Assembly: GCA_964016885.1 (NCBI GenBank)
Contig: OZ024740.1
Location: 416,764,001 to 416,828,000, forward strand
Origin: Eledone cirrhosa
Lineage: Eukaryota
Length of the DNA: 64,000 nt
Direction of reading: 5' to 3'
The position numbers and the translations under genes are program-made. Shown here in pieces: positions 27,301 to 40,500 of the stretch; the stretch's first letter is position 1; every line of letters begins with the position of its first letter. The notes beneath the pieces were generated by a model that had not been told where the DNA came from, ran no database searches, and saw only the letters and a program-made list of their open reading frames with translations.

Positions 27301-29283
27301 GCTTGCCTCAAAATTAGAGTGGTTGGCCAGTACTCGCGACGTTGCTGACTTTTGCTCTGGTGTTGGCTCCGTTGTTCGTTCCTTCCTTTGCATTTTCTTT
27401 AATATTGTAGTTTATGTATATATTTAAAATATATGTGTTATGTTATTCTACTGTAAATTTATTTATATGCTCTGTTTATACCCTCAAAAATCTATGAAAC
27501 TACATACATGTTGCAACTATCTCTCTCTATATATATCACACACAAACATATACATATACATCTAAAGAGAGAGAGGGTGAGATAGGTAGTTATACAGAGA
27601 GAGGTACAAGATAATCAGAGAGAGAATGGCGACGAACGCTGGTTCACACACACACAAACACATATATATATATATAAAGACAGAGAGAGAAAGAGATCTG
27701 CGCGTTCTTTATTGTTCGCCATTCTGCAGGAGGAAGAGAGGGGGTATGAGTGAGTGAGAGGGAGAGAAAGAGAGAGGGTATAAGAAAAAAGGGAGAGGGG
27801 TTGAGAAAGAAAGAAAGTTTAAGCAAAGAATCGCTGCTTTCAACATTAACGGGATCTTAAATTGATAAATTATATCTATGGACGCAGAATTAAATATTTC
27901 GAGAAACGTTGCAACCGAAGGAAATCGGGAAGACGATATTTTGGTTCGTGAAGACGTTCGCTGGTAATGAACGGAAAAAAAGCGAGGATAATACGTCGTT
28001 ATGTGAACCGGGAAGAACAATTTCATGCAAAGGCAAGACCAAGTTTATGGTATAAATGGAGTCGTTAGACTAATATTCTATTTAAAATAACCGAATGATT
28101 TCCAGCCCCGGAGTTTAAGAATCATGTAAATAAAATTGTAAACGAAAGTGACGGGTTATTAAAATAGTTGTTTCTACTTTTGGTACAAGGCCAGCAATTA
28201 CTCAGTACATTACTGGTACTTTATTTTATCGACCCCGTAAGGATGAAAAGCAAATTTAACCTCGACGGGATTTTAACTTTGCCTTAACATAGTAAAAGTA
28301 AATAGTGAAGATTTAGGCCAGTACATACGTATGCGCCGACGAACATACACATAGATATACATACGCACACACAAATACATACACACGCGCGCGCGTGTGT
28401 AGACCTTATGCATTTCTACAGTATTTTCATCAAACTTAAGACATAGGTTACTTATGTACTCTGGATGGTCATGGGCACTTTCATTTTTACAGATATTGAT
28501 TATAGAGCCTCCCGGCAGATAACCCCCTTTAACCACTTCCTTGGAGTTGACTGAAGCACTGCACTGCAATGCAACAAAACGTCATAACTTCTGGAGTTCG
28601 CAACCGATTTTCACAAAACTTGACACATGGGCTACGTTTGTTCTACAGATGAATGTGAACTCTCAGAATTGGCACATATTGAGTAGGGGACCCCTGGGGA
28701 TAGGAACCCCCTTTTGGAAAAAGCTGATGATTTTGTAAAAATATAGTTTTCCAAGCAGCACTGAAATATTGACATAAATGGTATACATAACTGGTATTTA
28801 ATACCCGAGCAGCGCCGGGTACCTCTGCTTGTATATGTATATATATAGTGTGTATATATATATATATATATATATTCTTATGCCAGGGAACGTTTCCACG
28901 AACCAAAGTATCGTCTTCCTGTCTTCCTCCGGTTACAACGTTTTTCGAAATATTTACATCTACGTTCACAGATTGATTTTTTTAGTTTCAGAAGATCCGT
29001 TAAGGGTGAAAGCAGCGATTCTTTGCTTAAACTTTAATATGTTATTTTAATATAGATATTCGTGTACAGATATTTTTGCATACACAAAAACGAAATATAA
29101 ACAAACAAGGCCAACGATTACATCAGTTAGTCTTAGTGTACTTCATACTGCTTTTAGGTAGAAGATCCCGTTAAGGGTGAAAGCAGCGATTCATTTTCTG
29201 CGTTCACAGATTGATTTTTTTAGTTTCAGAAGATCCCGTTAAAGGTGAAAGCAGCGATTCTTTGCTTAAACTTTAATCTGTTA

Positions 29284-29344
<61 letters not shown>

Positions 29345-32300
29345 ATTAAATATTCGTGTACAGATATTTTTGCATACACAATAACAAAATATAAACAAAC
29401 GTATTTATTTCACGAGGCTCGATAAGGATAAACATATATCAAATATATAAGAACCCTAGAGCAAATCCCGAGCAACGCCAGGCCATTCTGCTAGTTAGAT
29501 CTAAATATTATTTGTATAAATGAAGTTCTACAAAATATAGTTTTTAGTCTGTATAGTACTGAGCTATTAGTAGAGTAATATGACTGAAATAGTTGTATTT
29601 TAGTCTATATTTATAATATATATATATATATATCATCATCACCGTTTAACGTCCATTTTCCATGCTAGCATGGGTTAGAAGAGTTGTCCCAAGTTAAATC
29701 AGATAAATGTGTCTTGCTCATACAGGATTGGTTTTGGCTTGATTTCTACAGCTGGATGCCCTTCCTACACCAACCCCGTTTATAGTGTGGGCTGGGTGCA
29801 TTTTCTCATGTCACCAAAACGACCACTTAACACTGTAAGGTGGTCATGCTGGTGACATGAGAAAAAGCAGTCCACACTGTAATGTGGTTGGTGTTAGGAA
29901 GGGCATCTAGCTGTAGAAACCAAACCAAAATACAGATCTGTATGAGCAAGACATGGTCTCTGGACCTAACTTGTCTCATAATATAACAACACTCTAAGCC
30001 ATGATAGCATGGAAAAATGGACGTTAAACAGTGATAATGATGATAATGATGATACACCTACAATAAACATATATCTTAAAATAATTAAATTCTTTAAAAT
30101 AATCACCTTAGAATATTTATGTACTTCAAAATAATCATAATTATGATAATCATCATCATCATCTAACGGCCATTTTTCCATGCTAGCATGGTTTAGATGA
30201 GATGACCCATTATGAGACAAGCTAGATCAAATGACCATGTCTTATTCATACAGGACTGTTTCTGGTTTGGTTTCTATAGCTGGATGTCCTTCATAACCCA
30301 ACCACATTTACAGCATGAACTAGATGCGTTTTTATGTGGCCCCAAAACGGCCACTTTACAGTGTGGACTGGGTTCTTTTTGTTGTATCACTAGCACAAAT
30401 GGCTGGCTTGTTGGACAGGGTGCTATTTGTTATGTCACCATCCCGACCACTAACTTGTTCTATGTACATGTAACAGAGAAGAAGGAGTAGAAAGGAGGAG
30501 GAAGAGGAGGAGGAGGAGGAGGAGGAGGAGAAGAAGAAGAAGAAGAAGAAGAAGAAGAAGAAGAAGAAGAAGAAGAAGAAGAATTTTCAAACACACAGAA
30601 GAAGAACACGAACAGATGAAATAAACTGAACATAGAATAGTATTTACCTTTGGAGACATTTTAGTGTGAGGTTTTTTTCTGATTGCTGTCAAAAATATAA
30701 AAATACAGTGGGAGACAAATTAACAAGAATTTGGTAGGAGGAAAAGGTGATGAATTTCAAAAATAACGTCAGAGTTGGCACTTTGTTCCAGGTTTTATCA
30801 CATTAAGTAGATAAAATATAAAGGTACGTGGCTTAGTGGCTAGAGAGGTGGATTCACAATCGTGAGGTTGCAAGTACGATTCTTGTACCAGGTAGTTCAT
30901 TATGACCTTGAGCAAGACACTTTTTTTTATTTCATGTTCCTCTTTCTTTCAGGAGTTGACCAGTTGATAGTATTAGCAATTGGAAAGACCAATGGAAACA
31001 TTGTTTCCTTTGTCTGATCTGACAAGTTCCACCTCACTCAGTAAGCAAATGAGTTCTGGGATCTTGTGAATTCCGATCATTCTATACCTAAGATGCTTTA
31101 CTGTGATATAAAATGAACCTCAACAAGGCAGTCAATTAGCAGAGTTACTAGAGTGTCAAATAAGATACATTGCAATATTTGTTTCATTTTCTCTGTACCC
31201 TGCTGAAGTCACCTTTGCAGTTTGTTATTTTGTGGTAGTTAAAATACCAGCTCAGTGCTGGCCCAACCCTCTCTCACTTCAGTAAGCAAATAAGGTTTGT
31301 GATCCAGCAAAACTCAACACTCTCATTTGAACAACATATCTCAGCTAAGCCTGTCATTTATAGAGACTGCACCAGTCATTCAACCTCATGGGTTCCCTCC
31401 CATGGGTGTGATGCTCTCATGTCAATTTAGCAGAGGAGAGCAGAAGTGAGGATATGAAAGGTCTTAACAGTAAAAACAGTTTCAAAACATTAAATAATAA
31501 ATAAAACAATGAACAGTTGTGAAAATAGTGAAGAAATTACCAAACTGAATTCACATTTTTTGCCAAAATAGTTTTGTTGGCATACGCATCGATTATTTTG
31601 GCAGCGACCATGACCACTGCAGACCTATCAAAGATAAATTAGATATCAGAAAATAGATAGCTAAATAAATATATTATGATATGAAGCAAAAAAGCAATTA
31701 AAATAGAAGTTTTACTTTAAATTTTGAACAGGAACCAATTATGTAGTGCTGAAGAAGACCTGACCTGCATCATACAATGTGACATGACCAACCCCCATGC
31801 CCCAACTATCACTTCCCTACAGTTATCCTCAACATCACTTCTTCAACCCCACCACATATGCCCCTCTCCTCCGATTCCTAGCAGCTACCTTCCACTCCAT
31901 CCTGTAAAGCAGTTGATGATGGGAAGGGTATTCAGCCATAGGGGCTAAACAAAAGGTTGGGAGGACCTTTCAGTCATGTCAAGGACATGACAACATCCCT
32001 AGTGTTGGTGATCTACATGATAAATGCACCCAGTACATACTGTGAAGTAGTTGGTGATAGGAAGGTCATCCAGGTGTAGAAATCTTGCCAAACAAAAGGG
32101 GTCAAGAGAACCCTCAGTTGTGTCAAAGATAACAACCTCTCCTGTACACTCTGTGGAGCATCGACTATACATAAAGTGAGACACAGATCCCTGGCCTGTC
32201 TGGGAGATCAGTGGCTCCACTTCAGTACTGACTTGCTCTATGTAGACCCATCCAACCTTTGTTAGTTGGGAAAGTGGACATTAAAATGACAATGATGATG

Positions 32301-33413
32301 AAAGACAAAATGAAGTTGCTTACATACATGTGTGTGCGTCTGTATGTGTGATTAAGAATGTAAGAGGGAAAGCCAGTACAATGTGAATAGGAAATATAAT
32401 GGTGGAACTAGAGGACAGTAAAGTAAGAATGATAAAACAAAACAATAGTTTTTACTCTATACTTTATATTTCGAGGCGAAAGCCTCTTTATCAAAAGAAG
32501 AAGAATTGGAGTTTCTTGTTACAAGTTCTTTATTTTTTTGAGATTGAGATAGTGGAAGCTGGTCAGTGGAAAGGTGACATGTTCAGACCAGTCACAATAG
32601 CCAGGAGTGGTTCCATGTAACTAAAATCTGTTGTTAGGTGAACATGTAAGACTTGATGTTACAGGGAGGCTGGGAGATTAACTATCAAGAGGTTCAAAGC
32701 ATCAGTAAAGACTGCTGAGTAGATGAGTTGTCTTCATTATAGTTTAAAAAATAATTTGATGTGATATGGAGTTTTATAAAGAGATAGCCTAGCATCATGT
32801 TTAGATTATAAAGGGTTTAATGATCAGAGGTGGATAGCAAATACCAAAGTAGAGTTTAAATATTCATTTATTATGGCTAAGTAGTAAGACTTATTACTCT
32901 GGAGTTTCACCTACACAGTTTTCCTTTGTGGCTAGGCTTTTCCTGTACATTGTATCAGCCCTTCTTGTAGGTTTCCTCAGTAGCTGCTGTTTTCTTATGT
33001 GTATGTGTTTCTTTTTTTAAATGTCCCATTAGCATTTAAAATGTCCCACTGATAGTATTTTCAGGATGGTGTTATGGTAGGTATAGTGACAAATTAATAT
33101 TAGGTTGTCAAAGGCAGGCTGATACATTCTCAACAGAATGGGCATTTATGTAAAAACACTGAAAGGTACTGTCTCATGGTGCCATCTAGGTTAATAGACC
33201 AATGACTGCAATGTAGATATAATCAGAAAAGAGCAATGTAAACAAGCCAGCTGGTAGGAAGGATGGGCAGAGTTGGTAAATGTGCATTACTGTCACCCAT
33301 TGCAGAAGGGTGACATGGTGGGTGAAAGAGTGTAGATAGATGAGAGAGAGTTATGGAAAGAAGCAACAACAATAGGATGATAAAAGAGGGAGTAATGTAA
33401 GTGAAAGAGGAAA

Positions 33414-33452
<39 letters not shown>

Positions 33453-36400
33453 TCGTCGTCATTTTAATGGTTCGCTTTCCCTGCTAGCAAGGGTTGGATG
33501 AGTATCATCATCATCATCATCATCACCGTTTTACGTCCGTTCTTCCACACTAGCATGGGTTAGATGGGTTGTCCTGTTGTGGGCAGTGTCCAGTCAGCTG
33601 ACCTTATCTTGCTCATACGGGAACTGATTCTGGCTTGATTTCTACAGCTGGATGCCCTTCCTAAAACCAACCTCATTTACAGTGAGTACTTTTTTTCCTG
33701 TGGCACCTACACGTCCACTTTACAGTGTGGGCTGGGTGATTTTTTGCCGTGGCACCACCACAACCACTTTGCAGTGGGAGGGGATGGGGGCATATTGTCT
33801 ATATGCTTCAGCTTCGGCTTGTACCCGTGGGGAGTCGGGTCTTCTGTATTACTGCGTGACGCCAGAGGTCACGGTCGTGTGTCATCGCCTTTGAGCCTAC
33901 ATAGACCAAATCAGCACTGAAGCAGTGGCTACTGATCTCCAAGACAAGCCATATATATATATATATATAAGTTTGTTAATGAAGCTATTGGAAGAGGGGT
34001 CCAAATAGCCCATATAATGATGTAGGTGTAGGTGAAACACCAGAGTAACAAGGCTCACTACTTAGCTATAATAAATGAATATTTAAACTCTACTTTGGTA
34101 TTGAGTACTGTTTCTCACATCTGTCAATGACACATGGATATATATATATATATATATAGACCCAACAGAGGGACCAACTATTGAAATTGACAGCTCTAGG
34201 ATTGGAAACATAATTATGAAGGAAAGCAACTAGACTATCAGGGATAAACACTTAGATGCTGAAAGTATCCAGCAAAGTCGAATACATGTTAGTCACTGGG
34301 ATAGTTAATTAGTTAGTATAGGGGGGTGTCATACCAAATGACTGGCCAAGCAATATCATCCTCAGCTGCTATGGAAGTAAAGGAGATATTCTACAAAGAA
34401 ACAACTACAGAGGCATCAAACTTATGGACCAAATTATAAAAATAACAGAAAGAGATATACCATGCTCTCAGGTCTTGAATAATCGTACCCTCCCCTCCTT
34501 CCTGCTTATTAATTTTTCAGATGTTTTCCATCCATCCTGCTTTTATTTCAACTTCTTAGTAAATTTTGCTAATCTATCTCCAACAAAATTTTATTGTAAG
34601 TGATTCATATTGATACAGCAGCTGAAGAATCTAATTATAATTTTATTTTACATTAAAAAATCATTATATATGACAAAAAAAAAGAACATTACAAGAAATC
34701 CCATATTTCAAGCGTACACTATAGAATTACCCCCCCCCCCCCCACACACACACACCTATTATTTGGGACCCGAGAGTAACTGATTAGGATGAGAATTAGC
34801 TTAGATGTGATGCAGTTTAGGATTGTGCTAGAATGTGGTACCACTGATGAGCTCTTCCTACAAAGGTAAAAAAGTTCAAGACACTATTTTTTTTATGCTG
34901 TCAACAAATGATTTATTTCTCAGGGTTAACGGCTTATAGTATACAAATGTACAAAGCGTGATGTTGTGTGGTAGTGAAACATAAGCATTGAATGTTGGGG
35001 TTGTGTGATGGCTGGAAAGAAACGTAGTGAGTACAGTTCCCTGGATGTGTAACATTAGTACCCAAATATACTAAGAAAAAAACAAACAAAAAAAACCCAA
35101 AACAAACTAAGAATCAGATGAACTGTAAAGAGAAAATGGCCCTGGTTCAGACATATGATGCATCTAGAAGATGGCAGCGGGGAAACAAAGTCCTGAGTGA
35201 TTCAAGAGGAAAGAACCAGCAGAAGAGAGACCAAGAAAGACATGAGGAAAAGTGAAGATCTGAAAGTGCTGAACCTTCCAAAGAATGTGACAACAAACCA
35301 CAAGTAGTGAGACATTGTGTGGTAGAGAAGTCATGTCAAAACCATGTCTAGAAAACTGATGTAAAACTGACAATGACGATGACAATGATGATAAAGATAT
35401 ATTTTTTAATGAATGAATATTGCAAAGAAGCAATTTATTTGTGACGTCCATTTTGAGTTTGTTTTAAATAGCATGAACTGACAAGTCAACACTCATATCA
35501 TCATCATCACCATTTAACATCCATTTTCTATGTTAGCTTGGCTTAGACGAATTGTACTATTGTGAGGCAAGTCAGATTAGATGACCATGCCTTGCACATT
35601 TAGAATTATTTCTGGTTTGGTTTCTACAGCTGGATGCCCTTCCTAATGTCAACCACATTTACAGTGTGGGTTGGGTGCTTTTTATTGTGGTACCAACATG
35701 ACCTCTTTACAGTGTGGACTGGGTGCTTTTTGTCGTGACAACAACATGACCACTTTACAGTGTGGACTGGGTGCTTTTTGTCATGACAACATGACCACTT
35801 AACAGTGTGGGTTGGGCGCTTTTTGTCATGACAACCACATGACTACTTTACATTGTTGATTGGCTATTTTTGTTGTGGTACCAACACAACTTCTTTACAG
35901 TGTCGACTGGGCACTTTTTATCATATATATTGAAAAATTTGATTAACTCTTTCAGAACCAACATACTCGAAACCATATCTAGTTTTATGATTCAAAATTA
36001 CTTGTTTTTAAAGAATCTATATTTAAATTGAAATATTCTATCATAATTTTATGTAATAAACATTTGTTGTGTTCCAATCAGCAACTTCATAACAAAAACG
36101 TTAATGATTTTATTAATAATTCTTCTAAATTCTTGATTATTTTCCAAGAGACTTTTTTTTAAATGCAGACCGAGTATTTCATTAGAAATGTGGCAATGAA
36201 AGTGTTAATAAAAGCAAATAACTTACACCTCTTGGTGAGATACAGTTTTGAGACTGTAGACTTAATTCACAGGCTCTACCTTCATAATTAGCAAAGCACT
36301 GGCACTGGCCACATTGGCAGACTCCTTGTCTTCTACCTAGAATAGAGAATTATTACAATCTTTGAAGAGATTGAAAAATAAAACAGCAGTTATAAACATA

Positions 36401-37484
36401 GGTTTCATTTTGTGGGGTACAAGATCAGCTTTTGTGACTAAATGTGATATAGATGGTATCACATTATTTACCTCTACAAATGATATTATAGATAATATCC
36501 CATAATTTACATCTACAAATGATATTACAGATAATATCACATTATTTACCCCTAAAAATATTATTGATATTATCACATTATTTACCTCTACGAATGATAA
36601 TATCACATTATTTATGTCTACAAATGATATTATAGATGTCATCACATTATTTACGTCTACAAATGATATTACAGATAATATCACATCATTTAACTCTACA
36701 AATGATATTAGAGATATCACATCATGTAACTCTTCAAATATTATTGATATCATCACATTGTTTACCTCTAAAAATGATAATATCACATTATTTACATTTA
36801 CAAATGATATTATAGATATCATCACATTATTTACGCCTACAAATGATATCACAGATAATATCACATTATTTACCCCTGCAAATGATATTATAGATCTCAT
36901 CACATCATTTAACTCTACAAATGATATTAGAGATAATATCACATCATTTAACTCTACAAATGATATTAGAGATAATATCACATCATGTAACTCTACAAAT
37001 GATATTATAGATCTCATCACATCATTTAACTCTACAAATGATATTAGAGATAATATCATATCATGTAACTCTACAAATGATATTAGAGATAATATCACAT
37101 TATGAAAACTCTACAAATGATATTAGAGATAATATCACATTATTTACCTCCACAAATCCTTCCATTTGAAGTAGGACAGCTGGAATCATCACACTCACAG
37201 TACTTGCCACTATATACATGAAGTGTTCCCTAAAATTAAATGAAAATACAATTTCACATCAGTTAAGGGTTTTATAAATAGTATGCAAAATCATTTTCTT
37301 GGATTTTAATAATTTATGACTTATATAGAATATCTCCATCTTAATATATAATACATATTTTTGGTTGGTAACTTGTTCTATGTACATGTAACAGAGGAGG
37401 AGAAAGAAGAAGAAGAAGAAGAAGAAGAAGAAGAAGAAGAAGAAGAAGAAGAAGAAGAAGAAGAAGAAGAAGAAGAAGAAGAAG

Positions 37485-37515
<31 letters not shown>

Positions 37516-40500
37516 CTAATCAGAGAATACTGAAACCAAGGAATTATTAAATGACTAAACCCCCTATCATTTTCGATGGGTACTATGATAGTTTTATAAA
37601 TAGAAATTTATCTAAAGAATCAAATTAAAATAGTCTTCATTCTTTAGTCTTCCAGTTCAAGAATTGATTTGGCAAATCTATGATTAAAGCATTTAAGCCA
37701 TGATCATTCCATCTTTTTAACATTTTTCATAGTTTGTCTAAGTCTCCATTATCACATGTATCATTCTATATTTTAATTGAAAACTTAGTGGTGTGATTTG
37801 AGGAAAAATTGGCTACTATTTCTAACTTGAAATTGATAAAATATCTTAAGAATGCAATATATAAGAGAAATAGTCAGAAGCCTTTAATTTTGATATTTTT
37901 CAGCTGGTCTTACCAGTTTGACACAATACAGAAAGGATGGATGCAAATTAAATAGTAGAAAAAATAGTTTTATTATGTCAACTATATTTTACAAACAGAA
38001 GTTATACAATGATGGAAATATTAAAAAAACAGATAAAAATAAAATTAAGTAATGAAAACCATGGAGAAAAGGACAAAGAAGAGCAGATCTGGCTGCATAG
38101 GAAAGTAGAGGAAAGGACTATAAATGCCATAAATATGAATAAAAGGAGGGAAAGAGCAAGGATTAGTCAGCAATGGGAGAGAGAGAGAGGAGGAAAGAGA
38201 GAGGGCGACAGGCTCTATGACTAGGTCGGGACTGTGTTTCAGCTGCACCCCACAATAGTAGAATGAAAGCAAAGATTTTGTGTCTTTCTAAAATTACTTT
38301 ATAAAACTAGGGAAGCTGAAATTATATTTAGTGTTTTATTTTTTCATTGGTTTTTACGTACATTTTTCCCTGCCTAAGTTGGACGGAGGCTGGAGCTTGT
38401 CCAGGTGTGATGTGGGATGAAGCAGTTGAGAGTACAAGACTGTCCTTTGACTGGGCATCAATCTGTTGCTGGTCCTCATTTTCAGCTGAGTAGACTGGAG
38501 GAACATGAAATGCCTTGCTGAAGGACACAACATGCCACAATACTTGGTGATCGAACCCACAACCTTTTGATCATGAGATAAACACCCTAACCATTAGGCT
38601 GTACATGTTCATTGAAATTTAGAGTTTCTTGGTATTGAGCTTTTCATTGCCATCTTCTCTTAAGTCATCCCTTTTTCGAAGGCAAAGTATTCATTTGGCT
38701 TTTTTTAATGGCTAGAATATATGTGGCTTGCCACACTGTAGCTTGCCACATCTGCATACTTATTGGAGTGATCAACAAGATTCCAGACCACATTCAATTA
38801 CCAAGTGAGGTGGAGCTCATCAAATCAGACAGAGGAAAAAATGTTTTCATTGGTCTTTCCATTTGCTAGTACTATCTACCAGTCACAACTCCTGGCAGAA
38901 GGAGCAATGTGAAATAAAGTGTCTTGCTCAAGGACAAAATGCATCGCCCTGTCTGGGAATCGAACTCACAACCTCACAATTGTGAATCCAATCCTCTAAC
39001 CATTAAGTCATGCACCTTCACAATATTTCTAATAAAATGCATTGTATTTGAATTAATTACTGAAGAATTTGGAGGAATTTACTAAAATTATTTCAATTAT
39101 CACAACAGTATTTCTTACATAACATAAAATTATGTTGGAAGATTTTAATTTTATATCCGACACATTTAAAATGGTTGGCTTCAATCTACTGAAGCAGAGG
39201 CAGTAAGCAGCTGATAGATATCAAACTGTTAATTCTGTATTTAAAAAAAAATCTATTTAGAACATATTTAGAATGACTTTTTGGAGTCAGATAATATGTG
39301 GTATACTAAAGCAAGACCTTGTTACAGGGATGTCATCATCATCATCATCATACGTCCGCTTTTCCCTGCTTGCATCTCTCCATTCATCACGGTCCTTCGT
39401 CATCTCCACCATGAGCTTCAGCAATCTGAGGTCTGTTCTCACCACCTCTGCTCATGTTTTTCGTGGTCTTCCTCTACTGCGTCTTCCTTCCACTGGGATG
39501 TTTTGGCACTTCTTTACCCAGCAGGCTTCCTCCATGTGCATCACATGTCCATACCATCTCAGTCTTCTCTCCTGCACACCTCAACCTATACCTTCGCTAT
39601 CCCAATGATACATCATCATCATCTTTTAACGTCTATCTTCCACGCTAGCATGGGTTAGAGGGGAATTGGTCCCACTTGAGGCAAGATTGGTCAGGTGACC
39701 GTGTCTCACTCGTATAGGACTGTCTGGCAGGTTTTCTACAGCTGGATGCCCTTCCTAACACCAACCACATTTACAGTGTGGACTGGGAGTTTTTTATCGT
39801 GTTACCTACACGGCCACATTACAGCGTGAACTGTGTATTTTTTTGTCGTGACACCTACACGACCTCATTTGTTTAGACTGGATGTTGTGGTACTAACATA
39901 ACTTTACAGAGAAAGAGTGGTGTTGGTGGGAGTGGGAGGGTGGAGTAGGGGCAGTGGGTTGAGGTGTATATTTGGTTAAGAGATAGATGTAGTGATATCA
40001 GCATCCTATACCATTGCTATCCCAATGATACATGTAGTGATATCAGCAACCTATACCATCGCTATCCCAATGATACATGTATTGATATCAGCATCCTATA
40101 CCATTGCTATCCCAATGATACATGTAGTGATATCAGCATCCTATACCATCGCTATCCCAATGATACATGTATTGATATCAGCATCCTATACCATCGCTAT
40201 CCCAATGATACATGTATTGATATCAGCATCCTATACCATCGCTACCTTAATGATACATGTATTGATATCAGCATCCTATACCATCGCTATCCCAATGATA
40301 CATGTATTGATATCAGCAACCTATACCATCGCTATCCCAATGATACATGTAGTGATATCAGCAACCTATACCATTGCTATCCCAATGATACATGTAGTGA
40401 TATCAGCATCCTATACCATCGCTATCCCAATGATACATGTATTGATATCAGCATCCTATACCATTGCTATCCCAATGATACATGTATTGATATCAGCATC

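Noticed and set aside
36337-37098. 253-aa hydrophobic ORF as an alternative membrane anchor for the integrin-like protein
   Set aside because: It is a translation of the 39-bp minisatellite. The exon frame reading into the intron stops at once (GGT AAA TAA).
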